Shown here: in pieces, positions 34,448-43,894 of the stretch
Numbering within the stretch: position 1 is the stretch's first letter
Layout of the letters: the number at the start of each line of letters is the position of its first letter
Assembly: GCA_965220085.1 (NCBI GenBank)
Contig: CBDCOZ010000002.1
Coordinates: forward strand, 166,215-230,214
DNA length: 64,000 nucleotides
Direction of reading: 5' to 3'
Source: Candidatus Oxydemutatoraceae bacterium
GTDB taxonomy: Bacteria; Pseudomonadota; Gammaproteobacteria; Poriferisulfidales; Oxydemutatoraceae
The notes under the pieces: model-generated
Databases searched by the model: none
What the model was told of the DNA's origin: nothing
Seen by the model: only the letters and a program-made list of their open reading frames with translations
Made by a program: the position numbers and the translations under genes

Positions 34448-35059
34448 ACCGGAGAGGGGAGCAATGATTAGTGCCAGCACGAAGCTTTCCCCCTCGTCGC
34501 ATCGTCTATCGTCTGTGGCTCGGACTCTGCGACTCTCAAAAAAAGCTCGGAGTCATAGCGGACTCTGCGACTCCTGCAAGGGGAGAGTGCGACCGGCACT
34601 CGCACACCTTGCGCTACGGTAGTCTCTGCGTTCCCTCACCGCATTGTCTGTCGCCTGTGGCCCGGACTCTGCGACTCCCGCGTGGGGAGCGTCGTGCCAG
34701 CACCCGCACAAAGCTTGCGCTGAGGAAAAGTCTATATAATATAGGCATTACGGGGATAAATGCGCCAGTTGCAAGGCGTGTGCAAATCGTGTATAGTGCA
34801 AGTTTTACAGGAAATGTGTGCGCAAACAATTAATCAAGGACACACAAACAACATAAGAAACCGCAAACGATTAAATATCGTTTGTGCTCTTATTACCGTG
34901 CTCTTATCACTGTGTTCCATAAACTGTTTGCGGAATGTTTATTGGAGGTTACGAAACCCGATGGAAAATATTTTGTATCATTATAGGCATCACCAAAGAT
35001 GTGTGCGCTCAATCGCAGGCGGGTGCAAAGGCCTTGTGATGCAGACTTCAGGAGGACGC

Positions 35060-36816
35060 ATGAAAATGTTTACAATGCTTAACCAATTCACCCCCCCCCC
35101 CCCCCCCTAGTCCTTGAGCGGATTTGCGTAGCACTGCTCGCTTGCGCTTTGTCTTTGCTTACGAACACCGCACACGCACAAACCAACAGCTGTGCGGCGG
35201 TCATCCACGGCACCGAATGCATGGACGCATGCCCCGCCGGATTCACCGCCACAACCCAAGACCGCGTGTGCATTGAAAACGCGCACATCGATGGCGCGAA
35301 CAAATGCGAAGCCAAAGGATGGACAACCCGACTGGAGATTGCCGGCTTCGCCTTTTCCCTTTGTAACATAAAAAACAAAGACCCGACATCAACCCAGGAC
35401 TTTTGCATTTTGGGCATCAACTGCGCAGACCGTTTCGGTCCGGACCTTGACTTTCCGCAACGCCCGGCGGACGACCCGGCAACGGCGGAAGACGAAAGCG
35501 ACCCGCGCTATGTCTACAACTGCGACACGGGCGGAACCACCGGACATCTTCCGGCGACTTTCGCCGACGGGCGCACGATGTGCGAATGTCCCGCCGCCGC
35601 GACAGAAAACGCGGACGGCGTGTGCGTTTGTCCGGCGCAAACCGTCTTGCTGGGCGAGGCTTGCCTCGCCGACACGCCGGAAAACAGATGCAAAGCGGCG
35701 GGATGGACGGTCTCAACCGACAATCAATGCGTCGTCCCCATCACCTCCCCGGACGGCGGCAATGCGGACGGATGCTTCTTGGCCGGCAACGGCAGTCCGC
35801 AATGCGCCGATGTGTTCGGACCGGATCTGTCGTTTCCAGACCCTTCGACCGACTCCGCCGCGCGGTTTGTCTACGACTGCGGTCTGGACATGATCCCGCC
35901 GCGGGCAAACACCGACGGCGAAACCGAATGCGCGCCCGACCCGCAAGCGTGCGGGTTCAGCGACGTAGCAAGCACATTCAGCGGTCAGGACAGTGCGCAA
36001 CAAATTTCCATGCAGTTTGATGTCTGCGCGGCAAAAGGATGGCAGGCGAAAAAGCATCCCAGTTTTGAATCCGTTTTGAAGTCTTGCTACTGCGACATCA
36101 ATGTGCGGGACGCGTCAGCCGCAGTAGCATGCCCCTACTCCCACTCTTCCTCCCGCTTCGGAAATGTCAGCGGAAATACCTTCCTTCGCCATCACTTCGG
36201 CCCCGCCCTGCAATACCTCCCGCAATGGACGGCCGAAAATGCGGACACCTGCTTTGTGTCGCATTGTCCGGACGGGATGGAACCGACCGAGTTCAACACC
36301 AACGGCGCGACCGAATGCCTGGCGCCCAGCGGGACGGTTTGCGGGGAGTTGAGTCCGGCGAAACGCTTTGACGGCAGCGCCTGCGTGGAAGACTGCGCGA
36401 TGGCGGCGACATTGAACGAGGCGGCGAATGTGTGCGAATGCCAAGCGCCCAATGTGGGGACGGGTTCGGATTGCCGTGCGCCGAGCCCACAGGTTTGCGC
36501 GGGTTTGACACCGGCAAAATTCTTCAACGAAACAGCCTGCGTTGATTTTGTTTTGTGCGCCGCACCGGCGACATTGAACGAGGCGACGAATGTTTGCGCA
36601 TGCAATTCGCCAAATGTGGGGACGGGTTCGGATTGCCGCGCACCGAGCATACAGGCTTGCGCGGGTTTGACGCCGGCGAAACACTTTGACGGGGCGACCT
36701 GCGTTAATCTTGTTTTCTGCGACGCGCCGCTGGTGCCGGACATAGCGACGAATACCTGCGTGTCCGGCGATATCAACCTGCGCCTGCGCATCTTCCTGGA
36801 AGGCCCGTTGCGGTAG
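35060..36816 (+). CDS. Phase-variable cysteine-rich (EGF/furin-like repeat) secreted protein, FLEGPLR family (out of frame)
   Basis: MKMFTMLNQFT then C17 then TAG; adding one C joins LVLERICVALLACALSLLTNTAHA|Q and the Cys-rich ORF ending INLRLRIFLEGPLR*. Confidence 0.82.
35091..35107 (+). repeat. Poly-C tract (C17)
   Basis: Direct count. Confidence 0.9.
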
Positions 36817-37395
36817 TGCGAGCATCCCCTCGCCGCATCGTCTATCGCATCATCTCGCAAGCACACCGGAGAGGGGAACGATGATTGGCGCAAGCACACA
36901 GCTTTCCCTCTCACCGCATTGTCTGTCGCCTGTGGCCCGGACTCTGCGACTCCCGCGTGGGGAGCGTCGTGCCAGCACCCGCACAAAGCTTGCGCTGAGG
37001 AAAAGTCTATATAATATAGGCATTACGGGGGATAAATGCGCCAGTTGCAAGGCGTGTGCAAATCGTGTATAGTGCAAGTTTTGCAGGAAATGTGTACGCA
37101 AACAGCAGTTTAATGAGGCACAGTGATAAGAGCACAAACAACTTTGTTGTTTGTGGCTTTTTCATGAGAGCACGGTAATAAGAGCACAAACGATATTTAA
37201 TCGTTTGTGGTTCCATAAACTGTTTGTGGTTTCTTAAGCTGTTTGTGTTCCATAAACTGTTTGCGGAATGTTTATTGGAGGTTGTACGGAACCCGATGGA
37301 AAATATTTTGTACCATTATAGGCATCATCAAAGATGCGCGCGCTCAATCACAGGGCGGGTGCAAAGACCTTATAATGCAAACTTTAGGAGGATGC

Positions 37396-38382
37396 ATGAA
37401 AATGTTTACAATGTTTAACCAATTCACCCCCCCCCCCCCCCCCCCCCCCCCTCATGTAGCTGCTGAACAGCGGCTCAGTTGCCGTAGCCTGCGGTCGTTG
37501 ACCATCCTCGCTTTGTTTGCGTTGTACGGCACGGCACAGGCGCAGGACAGTGCGCCGGACTTTGGCGATGCATCGGTTGCGGATCAGGGTTGGCTGACCG
37601 GCACAGCGCTCAGTCTGGTGTTGCCTGAGGCTACCGGCGGCGATGGCGCTCTCTCATACACGCTGACCCCGGCTTTGCCGGCGGGCCTGACCTTTGATGC
37701 GACCGCCCGCGCCATCAGCGGCACGCCGACCGCTGTGGCGACCGAAGCCGCCTATGCCTACACGGTCACCGATAGCGACAGCAACACCATGTCCGCCGAT
37801 GCGGACACCTTGACTTTTGCCATCATCGTGGAAAGCGCTCCCGACAGGCTTTGCACCCGTCGGGGCTGGACTTACGACACCGCTTCCGACAAATGCCAAA
37901 TCCCCCTTTTCTCAGGCGGAATCAACTTTGACGGATGCTTCTTCTCCGGAGACGATGCCCCCCAATGCACCGATGTCTTCGGCGGATCACTCGCCATTCC
38001 CTCCACTCTGACCGGAGTCGCACTGTCTCTTTACAACGCCTTTCACGCCGCCGCCATCGACCCTAATACGAGCTCCCATGTTGCCCCCGCCGCCGCCATT
38101 TGGCGCGATGCCGTTGTGGCGCGGCACACCGGCGATCCAGACTACGCCGACGGCCCCGTCGCCCACTCTGCGGTCACCAGCAGTCTTATAAACGAATTTA
38201 TCTCCGAGCGGTTGGGGCATCATTTCAACGCCAACGGAATTCCCTTTGAGGACGACAGCGAAGACTTTGAAAGTGAAATCCGCACCGCCTTTGCCCAAAT
38301 CCCCGTGCGCCAACCCTTCGTCTTCCCATCGGACACGCTCAACTTGCGGTTGCGCATCTTCCTCGAAGGCCCGTTGCGGTAG
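37396..38382 (+). CDS. Phase-variable putative-Ig (He_PIG) protein, FLEGPLR array member 1 (in frame)
   Basis: MKMFTMFNQFT-P8, signal peptide ..GTAQAQ, LPAGLTFD..ISGTPT Ig motif, Cys module, FLEGPLR end. Confidence 0.85.
   Translation: MKMFTMFNQFTPPPPPPPPHVAAEQRLSCRSLRSLTILALFALYGTAQAQDSAPDFGDASVADQGWLTGTALSLVLPEATGGDGALSYTLTPALPAGLTFDATARAISGTPTAVATEAAYAYTVTDSDSNTMSADADTLTFAIIVESAPDRLCTRRGWTYDTASDKCQIPLFSGGINFDGCFFSGDDAPQCTDVFGGSLAIPSTLTGVALSLYNAFHAAAIDPNTSSHVAPAAAIWRDAVVARHTGDPDYADGPVAHSAVTSSLINEFISERLGHHFNANGIPFEDDSEDFESEIRTAFAQIPVRQPFVFPSDTLNLRLRIFLEGPLR
37427..37451 (+). repeat. Poly-C tract (C25)
   Basis: Direct count; keeps the reading frame. Confidence 0.9.
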
Positions 38383-38389
38383 CGCGAGT

Positions 38390-39352
38390 ATGTTTGCGAT
38401 GTTCACACCCATTTACACCCGTCGGCGGAACAGAACACGCACTCGGCGTAGCCTGCGGTCGTTGACCATCCTCGCTTTGTTTGCGTTGTGCGGCACGGCA
38501 CAGGCGCAGGACAGCGCGCCGGACTTTGGCGATGCATCGGTTGCGGATCAGGGTTGGCTGACCGGCACAGCGCTCAGTCTGGAGTTGCCTGAGGCTACCG
38601 GCGGCGATGGCGCGCTCTCATACAGCCTGACCCCGGCTTTGCCGGCAGGCCTGACCTTTGATGCGACCGCCCGCGCCATCAGCGGCACACCGACCGCTGT
38701 GGCGACCGAAGCCGCCTATACCTACACGGTCACCGATAGCGACAGCAACACCATGTCCGCCGATGCGGACACCTTGACTTTTGCCATCATCGTGGAAAGC
38801 GCTCCCGACAGGCTTTGCACCCGTCGGGGTTGGACTTACGACACCGCTTCCGACAAATGCCAAATCCCCCTTTTCTCAGGCGGAATCAACTTTGACGGAT
38901 GCTTCTTCTCCGGAGACGATGCCCCCCAATGCACCGATGTCTTCGGCGGATCACTCGCCATTCCCTCCACTCTGACCGGAGTCGCACTGTCTCTTTACAA
39001 TGCCTTTCACGCCGTAGCCATCCTCTCCGGAAACCCCCCATGGGTCCCGGTCATCGCCGTCGCTTGGCGCGATGCCGTTGTGGCGCGGCACACCGGCGAT
39101 CCGGACTACGCCGACGGCCCCATCGCCGCCCTTGCGGGCAACACTCGCACTCAGAATGCGCTCGCCCTCGAGATCCTTAATACGAATGGTTTCGTTCCCA
39201 ACGGAATTCCCTTTGAAGATGCCGTCGCCGCCGACTATGAGCATGAAATCCGCACCGCTTTTGCCCTAATCCCCGTACGCCAACCCTTCGTCTTCCCATC
39301 AGACACGCTCAATTTGCGGTTGCGCATCTTTCTAGAAGGCCCGCTACGGTAG
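38390..39352 (+). CDS. He_PIG protein, FLEGPLR array member 2
   Basis: ATG 7 nt after the previous stop; MFAMFTPIYTRRR leader; near-identical N-terminal two thirds. Confidence 0.85.
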   Translation: MFAMFTPIYTRRRNRTRTRRSLRSLTILALFALCGTAQAQDSAPDFGDASVADQGWLTGTALSLELPEATGGDGALSYSLTPALPAGLTFDATARAISGTPTAVATEAAYTYTVTDSDSNTMSADADTLTFAIIVESAPDRLCTRRGWTYDTASDKCQIPLFSGGINFDGCFFSGDDAPQCTDVFGGSLAIPSTLTGVALSLYNAFHAVAILSGNPPWVPVIAVAWRDAVVARHTGDPDYADGPIAALAGNTRTQNALALEILNTNGFVPNGIPFEDAVAADYEHEIRTAFALIPVRQPFVFPSDTLNLRLRIFLEGPLR

Positions 39353-39359
39353 CGCGAGT

Positions 39360-40325
39360 ATGTTTGCGACGTTCACACCCATTTACACCCGTCGGCGGAC
39401 AACACGCCCTCGGCGTAGCCTCTGGTCGCTGACCATCCTCGCTTTGTTTGCGTTGTGCGGCACGGCACAGGCACAGAACAGCGCGCCGGACTTTGGCGAT
39501 GCATCGGTTGCGGATCAGGATTGGTTGACCGGCGTAGCGCTCAGTCTGGTGTTGCCCGCGGCTACTGGCGGTAATGGCGCTCTCTCATACAGCCTGACCC
39601 CGGCTTTGCCGGCGGGGCTGACCTTTGATGCGGACACCCGCGCCATCAGCGGCACACCGGCCTCTACGGCAACCGAAGCCGCCTATACCTACACGGTCAC
39701 CGATAGCGACAGCAACACCATGTCCGCCGATGCGGATACTTTGACTTTTGCCATCACCGTGGAAAGCGGAACTCCCGACAGGCTTTGCACCCGTCAGGGT
39801 TGGACTCACGACACCGCCTCCGACAAATGCCAAATCCCTCTGACCTCGGGCGGACGCGACTTTGACGGTTGCTTCCTCTCCGGAGACGATGATCCCCAAT
39901 GCGCCGATGTCTTCGGCGAATCACTCGCCTTTCCCTCCTCCGCTCTGACCGGAGTCGCATTGTCCCTTTACAACGCCTTTCACCGTGAGGCTTTCAGAAC
40001 CGACAACTCTGCCGGCGGCTCTGCAATTCGCGCAAATGCCATCGCTTGGCGCGATGCCGTCGTTGCGCGACACAACGGCGATCCGAACTACGCCGCCGGC
40101 CCCGTCGCCGCCCTTGCGGATAGCTCCTTTGCTCTAAGCATCTTCCTCGCCCAACAGTTGGAGATTCATTTCAAAGACAACGGAATCCCCTTTGACAAAG
40201 ATACCAACGACCTTGCGAATGAAATCAGCGTTGCCTTTTCCAAAATCCCGGTACGCCAACCCTTCGCCTTCATGAGCTCGATCAACCTGCGGTTGCGCAT
40301 CTTCCTGGAAGGCCCGTTGCGGTAG
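39360..40325 (+). CDS. He_PIG protein, FLEGPLR array member 3
   Basis: Same architecture, different variable region. Confidence 0.85.
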   Translation: MFATFTPIYTRRRTTRPRRSLWSLTILALFALCGTAQAQNSAPDFGDASVADQDWLTGVALSLVLPAATGGNGALSYSLTPALPAGLTFDADTRAISGTPASTATEAAYTYTVTDSDSNTMSADADTLTFAITVESGTPDRLCTRQGWTHDTASDKCQIPLTSGGRDFDGCFLSGDDDPQCADVFGESLAFPSSALTGVALSLYNAFHREAFRTDNSAGGSAIRANAIAWRDAVVARHNGDPNYAAGPVAALADSSFALSIFLAQQLEIHFKDNGIPFDKDTNDLANEISVAFSKIPVRQPFAFMSSINLRLRIFLEGPLR

Positions 40326-40332
40326 CGCGAGT

Positions 40333-41283
40333 ATGTTTGCGATGTTCACACCCATTTACATCCGTCGGCGGACAACACGCACTCGGCGCAGCCTTTGGTC
40401 GCTGACCATCCTCGCTTTGTTTGCGTTGTGCGGCACGGCGCAGGCACAGAACAGTGCGCCGGACTTTGGCGATGCATCGGTTGCGGATCAGGGTTGGCTG
40501 ACCGGCACAGCGCTCAGTCTGGTGTTGCCCGCGGCTACCGGCGGCGATGGCGCTCTCTCATACAGCTTGACCCCGGCTTTGCCGGCAGGCCTGACCTTTG
40601 ATGCGACCGCCCGCGCCATCAGCGGCACACCGACCGCTGTGGCGACCGAAGCCGCCTATACCTACACGGTCACCGATAGCGACAGCAACACCATGTCCGC
40701 CGATGCGGACACCTTGACTTTTGCCATCATCGTGGAAAGCGTTCCCGACAGGCTTTGCACCCGTCGGGGTTGGACTTACGACACCGCTTCCGACAAATGC
40801 CAAATCCCCCTTTTCTCAGGCGGAATCAACTTTGACGGATGCTTCTTCTCCGGAGACGATGCCCCCCAATGCACCGATGTCTTCGGCGGATCACTCGCCA
40901 TTCCCTCCACTCTGACCGGAGTCGCACTGTCTCTTTACAATGCCTTTCACGCCGTAGCCATCGCCGCACACGCCGGATATCTCACAGCCGCCGCCGCCAT
41001 TTGGCGCGATGCCGTCGTGGCGCGGCACACTGGCGAGTCAAACTACGCCGCCGGCCCCGTCGCCGCCCTTGCGAACAATTCCCTTCCTATAAACGGCCTC
41101 ATCGTTCAGGAGTTGGGGCATCATCTCAACGAGAGCGGAATCCCCTTTGACGACGACACCGACGGCGACCTTGAAAAGGAAATCCGCGCCGCCTTTTCCA
41201 AAATCCCGGTACGCCAACCCTTCGCCTTCATGTCTTCGATCAACCTGCGGTTGCGCATCTTTCTTGAAGGCCCGTTGCGGTAG
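40333..41283 (+). CDS. He_PIG protein, FLEGPLR array member 4
   Basis: Same architecture, different variable region. Confidence 0.85.
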   Translation: MFAMFTPIYIRRRTTRTRRSLWSLTILALFALCGTAQAQNSAPDFGDASVADQGWLTGTALSLVLPAATGGDGALSYSLTPALPAGLTFDATARAISGTPTAVATEAAYTYTVTDSDSNTMSADADTLTFAIIVESVPDRLCTRRGWTYDTASDKCQIPLFSGGINFDGCFFSGDDAPQCTDVFGGSLAIPSTLTGVALSLYNAFHAVAIAAHAGYLTAAAAIWRDAVVARHTGESNYAAGPVAALANNSLPINGLIVQELGHHLNESGIPFDDDTDGDLEKEIRAAFSKIPVRQPFAFMSSINLRLRIFLEGPLR

Positions 41284-41584
41284 CGCGCGCAACATTCGCC
41301 CCTTGCGGACTCACACTACACACTCCTACCGCACCATCCCGCAAGCACACCGGCGAGGGGAACGATGATTAGCGCCAGCACGAAGCTTTCTCCTCGCCGC
41401 ATCGTCTATCGCCCGACAGCTCGGACTCTGCGACTCTCCGGCGAGGGGAGGGTGCGGTTGGCGCAAGGGCAAAGCCTGCGCTTAGGAATACTCTATATAA
41501 TGCGGGCGTCGTCAAAGATGAATGCGTTGATTGCGGGGCGTGTGCGAGTCGTGCATATTGCAAGCTTGCCGAGGATACATTAAA

Positions 41585-42787
41585 GTGTTTGCGATGTTCA
41601 CACCCATTTGCACCCGCCGACGGACAACACGAACTCGGCTTAGCCTGCGGTCGCTCATTCTGCCGGCGCTGTTTGTTGTCTGCGCTCAGGCGCAGGCGCA
41701 GAACACTGTCGCCACCGGGGAACCGGCGGTGACGGCGGCGGACAGCGCTGACCTGACTATGGTGGGGCCCAATGAGGACATTGTGCTGACTGCGGCCCGC
41801 GGCACGATAATGGATGATACCGATGACATCACCACATTCAGCCCGACCTGGGCCTGGCAACAGGCCGATGCCCCGAACACCGGCACTCCGGCGGACAGCG
41901 ACTACTCCGCCATAGCCGGCGCCACCGCCGCCACCTTCACACCCCTGCAGGAACATGGCGGCAAGTTCATCCGCGCCTGCGCCACCTTTGACGATGATGC
42001 CGGCAACAGCGAGACCCGATGCTGGACCTCCGCCGCCGCTGTGGTCAATGTCAATGACAAACCGGTTGCGCTGGACAACACCATCTTTGTGCCGGTGGGC
42101 GGCAGTTACACTTTCTCGGCGGACGACTTTCCGTTCACCGATGAAGAGCGTGACACTCTGCGTTGGGTGACCGTTAACACCGTGCCCTCCAGAGGCACTG
42201 TGGCCATATTGGGATCAGGCGCCAGCAGAAGCTTTGACGTTTCGAAGTCACATTTGGATAGCAACAACCTGACCTACGTCCCTTCCGCTGATGCCACCGC
42301 TCCCATGGCCGGCTATACCACCTTTACCTTCGTTGTGAGAGCCGGCGGCGGTAACCGCGAACACGCCAGTGCCGCCGCCACCATGACCATAGATCTGGTG
42401 CAGGCCACGCAATCGGCGGCAACCGGCACACTGATTGTGACGGCGGCATCGGGCGCAGCCTACAACGAGGGCGCGGAACTGACCGCCTCCACCGCCGGCA
42501 TCATCGAACCCAACGGCATCCGCCCCCACGGCCTGATGTGGCAATGGCAATCCGCCAGCGCGCCAATCAGCGGCGCCCCGCCCGCCAGCGCATATGGCGA
42601 CATCACTTCGTTCACCGACGCCACCTTCACCCCTTCGCAAGCGTATGTCGGCACATACATCCGCGTTTGCCTCAATTTCACCGATGGCTTGGGCACCGCC
42701 GAGGGCCCGTTCTGCTCCGCCGGCGCCCGTGTGTTTGACGCCTTGCGCTTGCGGCTGCGCCTCTTCCTTGAAGGCCCGTTGCGGTAG
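41585..42787 (+). CDS. Ig/cadherin-like secreted protein, FLEGPLR family
   Basis: GTG 41585 or ATG 41594 start, signal peptide ..CAQAQAQ, WAWQQ/DFPFTD repeats, ends ALRLRLRLFLEGPLR*. Confidence 0.83.
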   Translation: MFAMFTPICTRRRTTRTRLSLRSLILPALFVVCAQAQAQNTVATGEPAVTAADSADLTMVGPNEDIVLTAARGTIMDDTDDITTFSPTWAWQQADAPNTGTPADSDYSAIAGATAATFTPLQEHGGKFIRACATFDDDAGNSETRCWTSAAAVVNVNDKPVALDNTIFVPVGGSYTFSADDFPFTDEERDTLRWVTVNTVPSRGTVAILGSGASRSFDVSKSHLDSNNLTYVPSADATAPMAGYTTFTFVVRAGGGNREHASAAATMTIDLVQATQSAATGTLIVTAASGAAYNEGAELTASTAGIIEPNGIRPHGLMWQWQSASAPISGAPPASAYGDITSFTDATFTPSQAYVGTYIRVCLNFTDGLGTAEGPFCSAGARVFDALRLRLRLFLEGPLR

Positions 42788-43016
42788 CGCGAGCGATTCC
42801 CTCGCAGGACTTGCGCCACTAATACGCCTCCCCTTGGGAGCGGCGGCAAGCGAAGGGGGCTAGCGAGCGGGTAGCCCGGTCACTCCGACACGCTCCTCGC
42901 ACCATCCCGCAGGCGCATCAGCGGGGAGTGTTATCGGATAAATGTGTATAATCAGCGCCATATTGACAAGGGAGAATTCTATAATCCTTGTCGTACCTAT
43001 AGCGGAGGTTCAAACT

Positions 43017-43382
43017 ATGACAAAAGAAATTTTAGGCGTTGATAAGCCGGTGCGTGTGCTCGTTTCGTTGTGCGCGGATGACGAGTCCGATTACAAATGG
43101 TTCGCTGTCGCATTGGAGATGGATGTATGGGGTTTTGGCAATACCAAAACAGAAGCGATGGATGATCTAAAAGAGTCGGTCGCTACGCAGATAGAGTTTG
43201 CTACGGCGCGCGGTGAGGCCGAGATGTTAGAGCATCTGGCTCATAAAAAATGGTTTGATCTGTGGGAGGACGTTGAAAGGTCCGAACAGGAATCCCAATT
43301 AAGAAAGCTTTGTGAAACTATTTTGATAAACAGTCCGTTAGGCGAAATCAGTGCGGAGTTTCAATTTAAGAAAGCGGCGTAG
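43017..43382 (+). CDS. Small HicB-like-fold hypothetical protein
   Basis: GGAGG RBS; WFAVALEMDVWGFGNTKTEAMDDLKE resembles the HicB N-terminal pattern; no adjacent hicA seen. Confidence 0.55.
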   Translation: MTKEILGVDKPVRVLVSLCADDESDYKWFAVALEMDVWGFGNTKTEAMDDLKESVATQIEFATARGEAEMLEHLAHKKWFDLWEDVERSEQESQLRKLCETILINSPLGEISAEFQFKKAA

Positions 43383-43894
43383 CATTGCATTGAGCAGCGG
43401 TTTGCTCGATTAGGCAAACTGCCATAAGCAACCCGCTTGCCCTTTCTATCACGGTGTCGATTCGGTCTGCAGCGATGATTGGCATGGTGTTTCCGTCGCG
43501 CTAGCGCATGGCGAGAACAGCCTCCGGTTGTAGCGGATTGCCTGAGTCTGTCGCGGGCGCTGTCGTATCTTTGCCAGTGTTCGGACGCTGTTGCCGTATC
43601 TTTGCCGGTGTTCGGACGAGGCCGCTCGCAAATCGGATTCGGCACAGCAAAAGGGCAGGGGGCTTGGCTCGGTTATTCCCTTGTCTGCGGTGTTTTTGGT
43701 TATCTGCCGGGTTTGCGATATAATCCCTGCTCAGAATACGAGTCGGCTACAAGCGCCGGCCGGAATTTTCAATGCCGCCCAAGGCAAATACCGAGCAAAA
43801 CAGACTATACAAAGCCCAACGAGAAATCCTTACGCTGCCGAGGCGGTCTGTAGTTTCATTCAAAAACCATTAACCAAAAAGAGAGTTTATTAGC

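Noticed and set aside
34016-34622. 72-bp repeat as a CRISPR array or repeat protein
   Set aside because: Units are invariant with no unique spacers; the ORFs are a by-product of a length divisible by 3
37396-41283. Diversity-generating retroelement
   Set aside because: No reverse transcriptase in the window; variation includes indels and is not visibly adenine-restricted
33884-42787. Amber read-through joining FLEGPLR genes into a polyprotein
   Set aside because: The next ATG is out of frame with the TAG, and the 18637 member ends in TAA
32330-42900. Integron cassette array
   Set aside because: No integrase and no RYYYAAC..GTTRRRY attC pattern recognised at the junctions
42963-42985. Perfect TTGACA and TATAAT promoter pair
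   Set aside because: Spacing is only 11 bp, incompatible with a single sigma70 promoter
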